Source: Camelus ferus
Lineage: Eukaryota
Direction: 5' to 3'
Length of the DNA: 64,000 nt
Assembly (NCBI RefSeq): GCF_009834535.1
Contig: NC_045698.1
Span: 13,580,001-13,644,000 of the forward strand
Shown: one piece after another, positions 11,484 to 25,424 of the stretch
How the letters are laid out: each line of letters starts with the position of its first letter
Numbering within the stretch: the first letter of the stretch is position 1
Made by a program: the position numbers and the translations under genes
The notes under the pieces: model-generated
What the model was told of the DNA's origin: nothing
What the model saw: the letters and a program-made list of their open reading frames with translations, nothing else
Database searches by the model: none

Positions 11484-13749
11484 GAAGCGAAAGCTTCCTC
11501 TGCCTTTGAACGCTATGCTTAATGATTGTCCTTTTAGCTCTGTCGCTCCTCTGGTCGATTTTTCCCCCCAAATACTAACTTTGTTAAAGTCCTTGCCTCC
11601 CCTCATTCTCCTGGGCTAACCTTCAAAAACGCTGTCCTTTAATCTACTGAAACGAGCAAATACCTCTAGCCTTTCAACTTTTATTTTAGCTTGTAAGTCT
11701 GATTTCCATCCCCCTCTTTGTTTTTCAGTCTTGGTTGTTGCTTTTATTTTTAATATCAGGAAGTAATTTAAATATTTTTGTATTTAACATGCTTTTCTAC
11801 TTATGTAGTGAGAGGTTTAATTTTGTTTTGGTTTGGTTTTTAGGATACTGTTGTTCCAGAAACAGAACTTTCACTATTAATTTCCTACCATAGAATATTG
11901 AAATAACTATAAAATATCAGAGTCAAAATGTCCTCAAAAGCAATTGGAATAAATTTTTGTTTAGTGCCAGAGTTCATCCTATAGTGCCTCTGCCAGATAA
12001 TTATCTGTCATCACTTAGATACCATGAGAGACCTCCTATTCCATGGTGAGATATAAATCTTTCAATGTTTCAATATTTAAGGCTTAATTTTCATCCCATC
12101 AAGTTATACCTTTAAACCTCCTATTGTCTTTTTGGGTCCATATGAAGTTCCTTCAAATCTGAAGTCAACTTTCATGCCCACAATCCTTCTGGCAAAACAT
12201 ATAAACTTACATTTCCAATATAGTGAGCACCTAAGAGAAAGGAGAACAAATCACAAAAATGATGAGGCACGGTTTTGAACTTACCACCAAATTTTTCTTG
12301 GGGACCAGGGACAATCATAAAATTGTTCACTCGAAAAATACTGAAAAAAAGCAATACTCTGCATGCTAGAATCATGTTTTAAACATTTTAAAAGCACTTT
12401 AAAATAGATCTTACAAAAGACAGCCATTTAAGAAAAATACAATTAAAAAGAGCGTGTGACATATATTTCGCTAAGATAAGCAAGGCAAGGCTCAGATGGA
12501 GCAGTGAGACTGAGGATCTCCTTGAAAATGGATGTTCCCCAGGGAAAAATCCTATAGATAAAAATAAAGAACTGTCAGTAGGAGACTCAGGACTGATCCT
12601 AACTGACATTTCAGAGCCCAGAAAAAGCTGATTTCTAGCATAATCCTTAAGAAAGGCATAGAAACACAAAATAACGCATGCATGTTTCTCTGGAGGGAAG
12701 AGAATAATAAAAGAAGGCTATGTCATTTAAACTATTTGTGTTATATACATTTAGATATTCATTATAAAATTAATCCTGAGTGTAAAGGGGGCACAGATGA
12801 CCAAAAAAAAAAAAAAAAAAAAACAAAACAAGGATCACATTTTAAAAGCTAAAGATTTCTAATGATTTAAAAAGAAATAATATTCAGACTCAACCTTGCC
12901 AATGGATATTGATGGAGTATATGTTGGCTGTCCTTCAATGTCCTGCCCTTCGTTTCCCTAGGATCAATTTGCTTCAAAATAAATTTAAAAGATGGTTCAC
13001 ACACAGTATTTTAAAACATCTATCAAAATGTAAATTAAATTTTTCAGTTGTCTTATAAGCTGCTGAGTATGGTACAGTAAATTCATAATGCTTTTGTCTT
13101 TTATCATCTCAGAGTACTTATTTCTATTGATTTACAAAAATATTTATAGAGAATGCTTTCTTCAAGCACCAGATGTATACTAAATTTTTCTCTCCTCCCC
13201 CTCTCCCCACACTAGTATAACAAATATAAACTGTTCTATAGAATGGCAAACATTTTTTAAAGCACATTGTGAGAAAATAAACTCATAAACAATTTAGTGG
13301 ATTAATCTGCAGCTTTATTCCCAGAGCATTTTTTTTAATTCAGCTTGTAATCAGAGAATATATGTCCCTTGGAATTAAACTTCTCTTTAATGACATCCAC
13401 AAGATCTGAAATAATCTTCCAGTCTTCTCTTATTTAAATTGCTATAAAGGAATATAACATTGAAAATCAGTTTCATATTGAACTATTCATACTATAATGT
13501 AAATGAGACTTCATTGTTGCTGTAGACTATCTCCTAGCAACTGTATCTCTTTATTCTAATTCTCTGTTTTTTTCCCTTCTGGACTATATCAACATGGATT
13601 TATATATAATGTATCTGAATTTATCTACTTAGTATTTTTATTTATCAGTTGAACCAAATTACAGGTTGTTTTGATAGTCTATGTTCATTGCCAGCCTGTT
13701 TCCTTGTAAGTTGATAACAAGCAAGAACTTAGTAGTAGAGATTTCATGG

Positions 13750-13930
13750 TCATAAAGTTTGGGAAAATTTCATTTCTACCTTGGAGATTCATAATTCATT
13801 TTTAATAAGGGCCCTTTCATATACATATACATTAAAACCTTGTTTAATCCAGTGTTTTCTGAATTTATTTGCAATGAAATGCAGATTGCTTAGTCCTCTA
13901 CAATTTTTTGAGCAAACTTGGGAAATGTTG
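13750..13930. mobile_element. MER103C-like hAT element
   Basis: aagtttgggaaa...ttggagattcataat...ccttgtttaatccagtgttttctgaatttattt...ttgggaaatgttg matches recalled MER103C motifs. Confidence 0.65.
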
Positions 13931-13984
13931 ACACATTGTAACTAATAAAAACATATAAATTAAACAAACTAACCATTAAATTAC

Positions 13985-14036
13985 TATATATGATGTATAC
14001 AAATGTATGTGTATATATACATACACACATATATAA
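13985..14036. repeat. (TA/CA/TG) low-complexity repeat
   Basis: tatatatgatgtatac...gtgtatatatacatacacacatatata. Confidence 0.7.
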
Positions 14037-14289
14037 ATGTAACTGTTTTAATTAATAGGTTATGAGTTAATGCATATGTACAGTGGATTAAGGCAGCAGG
14101 AAAGAGAAGTGTATGCTTAGGAGGAGAAAGGAAGACTGAAAATATGGATCAATCCATAAATTGAGACCTTATTTTAGCTAAAGTTTTTATGTAATTCATT
14201 TTCACATGAAAGACAATGTTCTATGATGAACATGCAATAGTAAAAATACACATGTATATTGAAAATAGGGTAACTTGAGTTTGTCTATC

Positions 14290-14690
14290 AAGCTGCATAT
14301 AATTGATGCAGTACACAGAGAGAGAGTTGTTGAAGACACCTAACAAAGGACAATTCTTGGGCAATGTTTTGGTAACAAAGGGCGTGATCAGGTTGAGGAT
14401 GCAGGTGGAGGTTCTGGGAGGGAACTGTGAATATAGATTGACTTACACATCTGGTGGATGGGGACCTGAAGAAATTTTCATTTGAGCTTCCCTTTTCTCT
14501 GTGAATAAGGAGTTAAATTCATCTACTTCATTATGGAGGCAGGGAAGCAGCAACATGGCAGAGTTCTGAGGAGCTTCTGGTAGATTTTACAATATTCCTG
14601 TGTATAACGAAGAAGTAAGCTGTCTGGAGAAGGAGAGCGAGCCCAGAGAGCAGAGATGGCCCAAGCAAGGTTTCCACCATGAATAATAAA
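14290..14690 (-). mobile_element. L2 LINE fragment
   Basis: gaaattttcatttgagcttcccttttctctgtgaataaggagttaaattcatctac resembles the antisense L2 motif tctgatggcttctattttctcagtgaagtaggaggcgaggtcatctgc. Confidence 0.6.
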
Positions 14691-15364
14691 GATCTTATTC
14701 CATCCCCTTGATTTTTTGGCTCCTGCTCTTAGCAGTTTTAGTGCAAACATATGCTTCTGTCACTTCCAAGGATGGACTCTTTTGTGCCATGTTAGTGTTC
14801 CTGGTTTCTGTTTCTGATTTACCTATAAGATGCTGATCAAATTTGTTCTGTGAAGGAAAATAACTTCATACTTAGAAATTGAGTCAAGTAAGTTATTTAT
14901 AGAATTCTCCCACTTTTGAATCTTGATTAGGAAAATGTCTATTTCTTGAATAAGCATGCGTATTCTTAGTGGATAGATATAAATTTAAAAGTTTGTAGGC
15001 TTGAAATTCACTTCCCAGACCAGTTGTCTTTAAACTTGATGTAAAAAAGAAATTAGTCATTGGTAAAAATCTATCTGAGCAAGACCAGGAAGCATTTGAA
15101 GAAGTGACTATAATTCAAATATCTTTGAAATTTTTTTAAGATCTGTTAGGGTATTTATGCATTCACGTCCACTATAAAGGTAGTCAACTGAAAGAAAGCT
15201 TCCTTTGATCTTTAAAAGGTATCAGATAGCTTCAACTAGTCTTCACTTAAGCTATTTTGGTGTCAGTGGGCTTGGGGTCCAATAGCCTCCAGAATTTTCT
15301 TGAGGGTAACACTTGGCTCCAATAACCTTGCAAAGTTACTTCCCAATAAAGCTGCTACCAAAGT

Positions 15365-15552
15365 AGTTTTGCCAGATGAAATAGAGGATCCACAATTAAA
15401 TTGGGATTTCAAATACATAATGAAATTTATTGTGTAAGTATGCCTTATGTAGTATTTGAACCATACTTATGCTAAAAAAATGATGCACTGTTTATCTGAA
15501 ATGCCAATTTGACTGTCCTGTATTTTTATTTTGGTAAATTTGTGAACACTCT
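15365..15552. mobile_element. MER53 palindromic hAT MITE
   Basis: ttgccagatgaaatagagga...taagtatg...catacttatgctaaaaaa...gtttatctgaaat...tcctgtatttttatttt follows the recalled MER53 consensus. Internal arms taagtatg (15435-15442) / catactta (15462-15469). Confidence 0.85.
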
Positions 15553-15670
15553 ACCAGAGCCATGCTCATTATACTATAGATTATTTATAATTGGATTTCA
15601 ATAGATAAACACACGTGCAGATTGTAACTGTTCTTTATGTGAATCATCAGTTTACTCACTGTGGGGTCTA

Positions 15671-16110
15671 TGTAGCAAACCCTGTCAATACCCTGCCTAC
15701 ATTCCTTCAATATACCCCTCTGTGTGACAAAAGCTTTTGCCTCCAAATACCAACTCTGTCCACTAAAGGGCTTTTATACGTGACCATAGTAACCCTCTTA
15801 GTGCTGGGTAAGCCAGAGATGTGTGCGTTCGAGTGTGTGATAGTGTGTGTATGTTAGTGATGGCTCTGGAGAGAGCCCTTGATCAATGATGGACAGAGAG
15901 TTGGTAGACCAATAACTCAGCCTCCCTGCTCCAGTTGTCTGTTGTGGCCTCTGTGCCTACTTGTGTTTTTCTCATCTTCTTTTACTGATCTCACTTACTC
16001 CCTACTGAAGTGATGCTCTCTGAAATTTCAAGAACAAATAACCTCATTCAAAGGTTTGCTCTCAAACCTTTATTTCAGGAATTCGTCTGTGAAAATCCAG
16101 ACCATATATA
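15671..16110 (+). mobile_element. ERVL solo LTR, LTR16-like
   Basis: tgtagcaaaccctgtc start; agcccttgatcaatgatggacagagagttggtag...ctcagcctccc; ctcacttactccctact; end ctcaaacctttatttcagg...ctgtgaaaatccagac. Confidence 0.75.
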
Positions 16111-16174
16111 ATAATTTTTAAAAATCCTTAATATGGTTAGTTTTGAATTTCTCTACTGAGCGATCTTCCAGAAT

Positions 16175-16365
16175 AATGGCTCCCATCTTGCCTAAGAGTT
16201 AAGACCTGGGAAACTTGTTAAAGATGAAGATTCCTGTTCTTGTGTTAGATTTCCTGAATTAAAACCACATGGGAGGGACTCAAACTCATGCATGAGATCC
16301 ACTCCCCTCTCCAAATGACTTTTACGTGGTTAACCCAGCATCAGGATTTACAGCCACAGCTCTGA
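16175..16365. mobile_element. MER5-family hAT MITE, decayed
   Basis: acctgggaaacttgttaaagatgaagattcctg...tcctgaattaaaac...ctctccaaatgactttt. Confidence 0.55.
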
Positions 16366-16449
16366 GACCTGTTCTCATTAGAATGAGAATCTCTATAAAC
16401 CTCTATTTATCAGCTTATGCAGAAAGTAACCTAACACTGTTCTCAAGAA

Positions 16450-16560
16450 CAGGATAACAGCTTTGGCTCTGACACTTGCTGTGCAATCTTGTGTAAATGT
16501 ATAATCTCTTTAGGGTTACATTTCCTTATCTATAAAATTTATACTGTACTCATACCATGC
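16450..16560 (+). mobile_element. MIR SINE fragment
   Basis: tggctctgacacttgctgtgcaatcttgtgtaaatgtataatctct...catttccttatctataaaat (MIR core). Confidence 0.7.
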
Positions 16561-18119
16561 AATATCCCTAAGTTACTATTGTAGTTAAACTGTTTTTATT
16601 CTCAACATTTTTCCTTCGTGTTATAATCATAGCTGAGTGGGTTTAAGTGACAGAGAAAAGTAAGAATGTAATTAACCATCCCCCCTTTCAGAAGGGACAA
16701 TTTATGTCTGAAGGAATTTTATGTTAATCACAGATCAAATCTTAGAAAAAATTACCATCTATTTGGTTGTACTTTCTATTCTAAATTGTTCCTCAGTTCT
16801 GCCATGATTATTTTCCTCTAAACCTTGACCTTAAGATTTTTAGGTTTTATATATATATATTTACATATATTCATATTTATATACACACATATGTTGTGTG
16901 ATGTGTGAGTTGATTACATTATTGAATTTCAAAAATTATGGCTAAGATTTTGCACATAAAATCATTAATTACAAGGCCTACTGACACCTTGTATTATTTG
17001 TAGTTTCACACTTCTATTTGAAGCTAATCCTTTACTATGACATCTTCATCCTTATTAATATTGATTTATATTCAGACAGGATATCACAGTATTTTTTTAG
17101 TTGGTGTTTACCTGCTTTTCTTATGCTTTTGCTTACAAGGTTAAAACCAGAGAAAACAGGTATTTCATATGCCTCATCCATTTAACAATTCTAACAGGCA
17201 TTGCAGGAAATGTGATCTCCTCTTTCAGCTTGAAAATTATTTTAGAAAATGATTAAATCTTTACTGCCAAATTCTTCCCCAGATGTGCATCATTGAAATT
17301 ATCATTATCAAGGGAGCTCTATGTAATGTGCTTGCTTATTACAGAAGTACGTAAATCAGATTACAGGTGGAAGATTTTTAAATACTTCTATACTATAATT
17401 TATTACATAAATTATGATTTTATTACGATTAATTTAAATATGACAGAGGTAGTACTTTACAATGTTTCAAGAGCAGTGAAAGAAAACAAATGTAACTTTT
17501 TTATGCTTGTTGAAAATACCTGAATTCTTTCAAAATTCAAAATTGTTAAAGAAGGATGAGTCCTTACCATCCATCCGATGTTAAAATTTTTTAAAAATTA
17601 TAGAAATTAAATAAACTATTTAAAAGCAGTTTTCTCCATTTTTTTAACAGGTCTCTTAGGGATTTACATTCTTAAACAACATGCTACCTTTTTCAAAAAG
17701 AAAAATCCATGACTTAAAGCATCAAACAAAAGATTAGAAAATACGATTCTTATTAATTCTGAGATTATTTCTTTTTTTCTCAGTTTTGTACATCACTTCG
17801 AAGTGCTGTGTGATTGTAAGCTAATTTTGCGTATTATTATCAGCTGTGTGATTTTTGACTCCCACAGGGAAAAACTAAGAGCAAATTCATAAGGGACTAA
17901 CATAAGCTTATGATTCTCTCTGGATGGCTCTAATATTCTGCAAACATAAGAAGAGCAACTTCAGTTTCATGAGCTTTTCTGTGACTTTCTGACCTTAAGT
18001 ATATCCTGTAAACCAGGGAATTCTGATTTGTGCCTTCTTTTGCCATCTGCCAACCCATGATACCATATCCCTCCAGCCCAACAGAGTATTAAATATTTCT
18101 TTTCTTAAGAAACACAAAC

Positions 18120-18255
18120 GATTATTCTGTTACACAGATGGGAAAACTAAGGTCTAGGAAAGCTGAGTTGCCTCCTCAATGTTATAAAAAATATCAATTT
18201 TCAGAATTAAGGAAAGGATCAGGACTATGTACATCCTTTAATTATCAATCTAATG
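18120..18255 (-). mobile_element. MIR SINE fragment
   Basis: attattctgttacacagatgggaaaactaaggtctagg...agttgcct (antisense MIR core). Confidence 0.7.
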
Positions 18256-19264
18256 TTGTCAGTAAAATAGAAGGGGTTCAAGATTTTATAAAGTCCTTTG
18301 AGAATAAAAGCTATTTAGGCAGTGTTGTGTGTTCATGTTTGTGCTCAGTAATAAATTCACTGTGAACTTTAGAAAACATATATTACAACATCATTTCCCA
18401 GGAAGCTGCTGAACAGAGCATAATGGTCCCTGAATTAGAATATAGATCACTTCCATTCAGTTCCTAACTCCTTTTTCATTAATAAAATAAACTTTGTAAT
18501 TTGATAAAGCTCTACCAACACCACAAAGTGGCTACACATATGAAAACAAACCATATGCTTGGAAATTTATGGAAAAGTTCAAATTATTCATTTATATTTT
18601 TATGTCAATTGCATTTAATTTCTTTTCTTTGTAGTTCTTTTGGCTTTGTGTTCGTCTCCTCTAATTAGATGTTGGGATGATACCAACTAAAGGCTCATTC
18701 CAATGCTGAGAGAAATGATCACTTTTCCTGTTGATACCAGATGAAGAACTCTTACAGCCCCACAAGAAAAAATTAATCATGCATCTTTCCTTTTGTTGCA
18801 TCGTACATATAAGTTAGTTAGGTCATTTCCAGTAACTCAACAGACACTACTCTTCATTACAGGCTTAATCAGAGAAGAAAGAAGAGAAGAATGAGCAGCT
18901 GAAGGGTTTGATGGAGCATAAGTATGTCAGACTCTTCAACTCTGAAAACAGAGTCTTAGTCTGTGAACTTGACATTCTCAGGCATGTGTGAGTAAAGAAC
19001 ATGCAGTGAAATTAAAAAATGGAGGAATAACTGCATTCTGTTAATTCTTATTTTGTGATTGGCTTTATTCCTTTGATAACTATGTAAGTTTAAATAGCTA
19101 AAGCTCTAATCTGTCCTTAGAAACAATAATCAGTGTATATATATAAACTAAAAAAAAAGTGCAGTATACTGTATATATGTATTTACATGCAATATAATGT
19201 ATATGTGCAGTTGAACTGTAATAATTTTAGTAATAAAACTGAAAAAGGAAAAATAGAAAAAAGA

Positions 19265-19530
19265 AATTATAGTAACTATATAAGACACATAATTAAATAA
19301 ACATAGATATGTCCATGTGCATGGGTTGAGTCACTGTATTTTAAAGATATTAATTCTGCTTCAGTGATCTGTAGTTTCAATTCAATGTCAATCAAAATTA
19401 CTTCATTTTTATTTTGTAAAATTTGACATCTTGATTCAAAAATGTATATGAAAGAAGATTTCTAATAAAACCAAAACACATTTAAATAAGTAAAAAGAAA
19501 ACTGGTGGAATAGGTATTTCTTAAAGCCGA
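19265..19530 (+). mobile_element. Ancient L1 ORF2 fragment
   Basis: aattaaataaacatagatatgtccatgtgcatggg...ttcaattcaatgtcaatcaaaat...aaatttgacatcttgattcaaaatgtatatg. Confidence 0.7.
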
Positions 19531-20869
19531 AATGTGGAGTATTTTAAATAAAGAGTGTAAGTATGATTCCAAAATAAATTTAGGGAGGTAACATCCTAGA
19601 GAAGACTATTTGATGTAATGGACACGAAGGAAGTGCCTTGACTAGTAAAGTGGAAAGAGGGATGGAAAAGAAAGAATCAAACCATCTAACACATGCATGA
19701 ATATAGGAATAAATGAATAAAGGAGTGCACAGTGGAAAAAAAGAAGAGATTTAATCTTTCCTCTATCATATTATTAATTATCAGAAGGGTTGTAAGCAGG
19801 ACTGAGAACTTTAAATAGTCAAGAGACCTGAGAATGTTCCCTAACACAGACTGATGTGTGTGAGAACATTGTGATGCATTTTTAAAAGTACAGAATTTTG
19901 GGGGCTCATGTTTATCTAGTAATACTCTGATGTAACCCCAGGTTAAATCATACTCTCTCCTGTGGGCTTGAAAGAGAGATGAAAAGAAACAGTTTCACTT
20001 CAGCTCTCTAAGAAGAGTGGTTTGCATTTTGCTACTTTAGTATATGGTCTAATGAGGGGCTGGTAGAACAGAGAGAAATTTACTGCTAAATCCCTTTCAT
20101 AAGTTTTGCTTTTTTGCTGCCCAGAATAAATATGATGAAGAGAGTCATACTCCAAGCTACACTACACCAGAATTTCTTGAATTGGCAACAGGCTATAGAT
20201 TACATTAATTAATCTATACTGACCCGACAGAGAAGCAATAGAGCAATAATATCAAATAATAGTATTGTTATTATTATTATTTCTATAAAACATGCTCATT
20301 GCACACATTAAATCACATTCTTTGAGTTAACTAATTGTGTGCAAATCACTTGTCCTTACCAGATTGACCAAGTGTAGCAATTACAAAAAACAAAAAAAAA
20401 GCAAAACAAAAAAGCAACTAGTGTTGTGCTCTAGTTCCTAGTCATCTGTAGTTCATTTCAACATCACATTTTAAGAATTCTCCTGAGAGAACATATTTTA
20501 ACTAGTCCTATGTATGTATGTGTGTGTGATTGCGTGTATGTGTTAGTAAAGACAAAACTAAGGAATATCTCATTATCAATATTGCATATTCTGTACAATT
20601 AGAAAGGCTTGGACACATGGTGATTTTTCAAAAACCTGCTTCTAGAAAACCAAAGGATCTTTTTCCCTCACATAATAGTTTATGGTATTTTTAATGGATT
20701 GTAGTCAATTAGCCTGATCTGACTTATTTTTATGTAAAAGTATTATGACTCATTAGTAGAAGTGGAAACATAAAGTAACTAAATTCACAAAATTTCATTA
20801 AAGCCTTGCCTTTGGAGATAAAGTATTTCTAAGCCTGTATAAAATTGGCTTTATTTCAGTTTGTCTTAG

Positions 20870-21065
20870 ATGCACAGCTAAGAGGAAATGCTTTGGCCTA
20901 AGGCTTCAGTTTGAAACATTGTCCTCTTAGCCAACTATTCCATATTTGTAAAATATGAGATGAGAAATCACACCATAAACACTCTGAAGATTAAATGAGA
21001 TGACTTACTTATAGGATACGGTGGTGACACCTGATATTAAATTCCAAAAAATGAATAATTATTGT
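20870..21065 (+). mobile_element. MIR SINE fragment
   Basis: ttccatatttgtaaaatatgagatg...tgaagattaaatgagatg. Confidence 0.55.
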
Positions 21066-21766
21066 ATGAAATATCTGAATATTAACTCAGGGGATTGAAG
21101 TTTGGGCTATTTTTATTAAATCTCTTTCACATTAGATTTTATGCAAATGCTAAAGATACTGAAGTATAAAAATGTTTCCACTGACCTTAGCAGGATTCTT
21201 GGCCCTTAAATATTCCTCCTCACTACTCTTGCTAAATCCAATTTGACCAACTAGCTGATGCTAAAACCACAGCCTTGGTCCATCAGAACCCATGCAAGGA
21301 ATACCCGCGTTCTCTGTTCCTTTTGAAATCTGAACAGTTAAAACTGAGCTTTAACTGAGCTTCCCCCATCTAACATATAACTGCTTTGGGCTTTCTGAAC
21401 TATCATTTGGCGCTCTCCTCATGCTGTAATATTTTTAATGAACGCTTGAATGATTGACTTCCACACGTGTTAATAAGTCCTCTTTTGTCACGTTTCCCAG
21501 GACAGCATTCTTCTAACTATCCAGCTGTAAGTTTTCTGGGGTAACAAATTTGAGAAACTCAAGTTATAACAGAGAGAGCCTAACTCCCTTAATGTATAGG
21601 AGGCCAACCGTGGACTTCTTCTGAAAGATGCAGTGAGGAAAAGTGAATCTATCTATTACTCTAGATTTTAATGGATTGAAATTCCTTGACGCCTTAGTCA
21701 TTCATTATCTGAATGATAGAGACACCCTTCACATCCAGAGAGAGACACTGGTCTCTCTCTTCTCTG

Positions 21767-21929
21767 CAATGGTTGTTCTCAGACATTAGCCTGCATCCAA
21801 ATCAGCTGGAGGGTACCCAAGACCTTTTCGTTTGGTATTTCTAGGGTTGAACCTAAGAACTGATATCTATAGTCAGTTCCCAGGTGATGGTGACACTGAT
21901 ATTGCAGGGAACACACTCAGAACCACTGC
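21767..21929 (-). mobile_element. MER5A-like MITE
   Basis: gttctcagacattagcctgcatccaaatcagctggagg...agttcccaggtgatggtgac...cacactcagaaccactg, with degenerate CAGTGGTTCTCA-type TIRs. Confidence 0.8.
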
Positions 21930-22011
21930 CCTCATTTCGATTTTGCTCCAGAGAAATGTTGAACTAAACTATAGGAATATTCAAATTTTCTCTTTTCTGT
22001 TTATGTTCCTG

Positions 22012-22365
22012 AACCATTTTATTGGGGGTATGGCTGACACACTAAAGACGGTACGTATTTAATGTACACATCGTGATGAATGTGAAGAGACATAAGCACC
22101 TGTGAAACCATTACCACAATCCATACCATAAATATCCATCACCTCCAAAGTTTCTTCTCACTCTCGTTATTTCTTCTGCTTTCTTCCTCTTCTCTTCCCT
22201 TCTCCTCCCGTTATTATTTTATTATTATTACTCTTAATATAACATCTACTCTCACAGGAAAAGTTTAATTATACAATATAGTAACATTTAAAGTATAGAC
22301 ATTATGCTGCACAGTAGGTCTCCTAGGGCTTACTTTTCTTCTGTAATTGAAACTTTACCATTTTT
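22012..22365 (-). mobile_element. L1MA/MB 3' end
   Basis: tttattgggggtatggctgac...atttaatgtacacatcgtgatg...gaaaccattaccacaatc...catcacctccaaagtttc...taattgaaactttacc. Confidence 0.85.
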
Positions 22366-23334
22366 ACTCCTTTTCAGGAAGATTAGTTCAATGAAAAACT
22401 GGTATTATGTTCCTATTCTATGCTGGGGCAATAGTTGAAAGATTAACACTTAGACAGGTGACCTGTTCACCCAAGGGAAGGTAAAAAAAACAGGTATTTT
22501 GAATAGATATTAATTACTTGAATTTACCCACCTTATTATAAGATAGTAAAGAGGGTTTTTAAATTATTTGATAATAATTGTTTTTGTGATGTGATTTGAC
22601 ATAGAAGTATCTTGATTTTATATGTATGTACTATTTTAATTTTTTTTAGCTCAAAAGCCCACTAATTATTTCAAACTCACAATCAGGTAAATGCTGACAA
22701 AAGTGAAATCATGTTATTTTCAGAGGGCAAACTAATGCTGATTTTTATAATGTAAGACTAAGTTATGTTAAATAAATTAGGTTTTTAAATATAATCAAGC
22801 CCTAAACTAAGTAAGTTGTGTATCTGATGTGGGGTCATTTTCTTGATATTTAAATAATTTCTGGGTCACTTAAGATAATTTGTGTTATAATACATTTTTG
22901 TGTATCTGCTTTTAAAATAACCTCTTTGAAAGTGCATTTACATTATTTTATATGAAACATGCAGATACAGCTATCATTAGCTAAATGAGGCTGTTTCTCT
23001 CACCTTGGGACTACATAGCTACATGTTCTTAACGAAAAGTTAGTCATGTATTTTACATGAGCTTGAGAAGCTATTGCCTGTTTCTTACACACCTCAATTT
23101 GTTCTTAAAGACAAAAACATAGCCTTTATTCTCATGAACATTTTATAAGCCAAACATCTATGAGTACATTATTTAGTTTAGTTTTCTTGCCCTGTTATAC
23201 ATAATATGAATATTCTATTTCCTAATGGATTTCATGCCAACCTTTCTATCAGACTATACGCATGGTGGTCCTGGAGCTATTCAACTGTGAAAATCAACAC
23301 AGTACTTCTCAAAATATTGTAATTAGAAAGCTTT

Positions 23335-23500
23335 CCAAGACCTTCCTATTTTACAGGAAAAAAAAAAACAAAACAAGATGCAGAGAGACGACGTGATGGA
23401 TTTGCTCAAGACCACACACCCATGGCGATGCTTATACCAGATCCTAATGCTGCTACCTTAGGCTTTTTCCCGATTCTCTCCACAGCCTATGATGGAACTA
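23335..23500 (-). mobile_element. MIR SINE fragment
   Basis: cctattttacaggaaaaa...gcagagag...gatttgctcaagaccacac. Confidence 0.6.
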
Positions 23501-23879
23501 TATATTTTTTACCTAAGAAAATGCACTTAGTTCTGTTAGATGGCAACAAACAAACAAGAAAACACAAGTGTTTTATGCCGCTCTATCCTGTAGAATGGAA
23601 TAATAATATGCATGATAATGTTAATGATGTGTAAACTGTCACCGTATGCACCATTGCACAGAAATGTTGTTAATGCATTAAAGTTTTGACTAGACCAAAA
23701 ACAGTACAATTTAAATTCCAAAGAGAACAATCATTGTTCTATTTTACAAACATGTTTAAAAGAAATTGTGTTATTATTTTGCGAGTACATCCAAAGAGAA
23801 GCTCAACATACTTTTTGTCATGGAATCTATTATTTATTAAGCATGGATGAAGTTCCTTGCCTCTTAGTCAATTCTCATA

Positions 23880-24000
23880 TCTGCCCTACACGGAATATGA
23901 GAATAACCTAAATGTAACTCTCCTTACACCCCATAGCTGGTAAAGTGTGAAAGTGAAATTGGTACCCAGGTACCCAGGCCTGCCTGCCTCAAAGCCACAT
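23880..24000 (-). mobile_element. MIR SINE fragment
   Basis: catagctggtaaagtg...gaaattggtacccagg...ctgcctgcctcaaagcc. Confidence 0.55.
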
Positions 24001-24050
24001 TTTATTATTGTTGTTATTATTATTATCCTTATTATATTATTATTATTATT
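24001..24050. repeat. (TTA)n-rich microsatellite
   Basis: tttattattgttgttattattattatccttattatattattattattatt. Confidence 0.85.
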
Positions 24051-25424
24051 CTATGCAAGTGTTTCTGTATGGGCTTCCCAATCTGGAGAACTGATTAGAA
24101 GAATTAAACTTCAGAATGCAGAGTACACTGAACAACCTCTTCTGTCCTATGAAGACACAGACTTTAAAGGGTTAGCTAGACATGGTTAATATTTGAAAAG
24201 CAATTCATGTCTAAAATTATTTTTTGTACATTTTGTGTATTCTCCAGGAGATCAAATATTCTTCACATAATCTGGTGTGTATTATCTACACGCATAGGTC
24301 TTTGGTGTGACTTTGTCACCAACCAAGATAATAAATATTTCTCTCCTAATCACTTGCAGATATCATTACATGAAAATTATTAGTAGTTATTAGACTGACC
24401 ATCAAATCTTATTATTCCATACAGAATATTACTAAGTATTTTATTTAAAAGAAACTACTACTTCTCAGTTAGTCAATAAAACCAATTAAAAGCTCTTTTC
24501 TCACCCAAGTTTGAAGGAATTTTGAGTTTTATCTGTAAAACTCAATCTGGTCTGTGGCTTACAAATAAAGAACTCCTGAAACAATGGAAATTACACTATC
24601 ACTGGAAAACATAATGTAGAGGTTATAATTGTACCTTTGAGATTCTTCTTAGACTAAGAATCCAAAAAGACTGGTTGTGATTTATTTTTCTTTATAATTG
24701 TACATAAAATAGAAAAATTCCATCATATAAAGCCATTTTTAAAATAATGTTAAAAGCATAAAAGCAAACTATCTAAAAACTCTTTAAAATAATTTCTTTG
24801 GAACTTCTGAAACATCTCTGAATCAAGATGATGAAACAGATTTAATATTTAAAATCTAAAAAAAATTCAAAAAGAAAATCAGGAACATACATAACATCAA
24901 TTTTATAAAGGGGGCATATGTTCCTGAACCAGATTCAGTGTCAAGGTCTTATCTTTTTCATAGCAGCGTATTATTCATGAGCTCATGAAAGCGCTGGCTC
25001 TGCCATGGACCTATCCCTTCTGATATATTAAGAATACTGACCTGAGTCTGTATTGGGGGCATTCAGGTTCACATGCGTGTCCTGGTATGTGCTGTGCAGG
25101 AAATAAATTCGTAATTAGTCTCTTGCACTATATGTACTCAGCAAACTATTAAAATCTCATTCATTTTTTTCTTCACATACATATGGAAATACAAAACTTA
25201 GATTTAATATACAATGACATGTACCGTTCTTTGATGAACTTTCTTAAAATGGTTTATCAGTCTTCTACCTTGAAACATTATTTTTTTCATTTTATATTTC
25301 AAAAATCTCTAAAGAGCGAGAGTGATAGTAGAGTTATTCTTAAGTACACCAAGCAAATGGTCATCTGGGAAAATAAAATTGAATATATGTTGTATATATG
25401 TCTACTTCTACAAACTAAATATTT

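Noticed and set aside
12480..12620. CR1/L3 RT motif-like gttccccaggg (VPQG)
   Set aside because: The match is too short, and the flanks do not extend into recognisable RT sequence.
14695..14823. Minus-strand terminal exon candidate (KSETETRNTNMAQKSPSLEV...)
   Set aside because: Weak polypyrimidine tract, unrecognised peptide and no supporting neighbouring exon.
24964..24996. 16-bp perfect palindrome ttcatgagctcatgaa (24974-24989) after an acceptor-like ttttcatag
   Set aside because: About one such palindrome is expected by chance in 64 kb (64000/4^8), and all three frames after the AG hit stops within ~60 nt.
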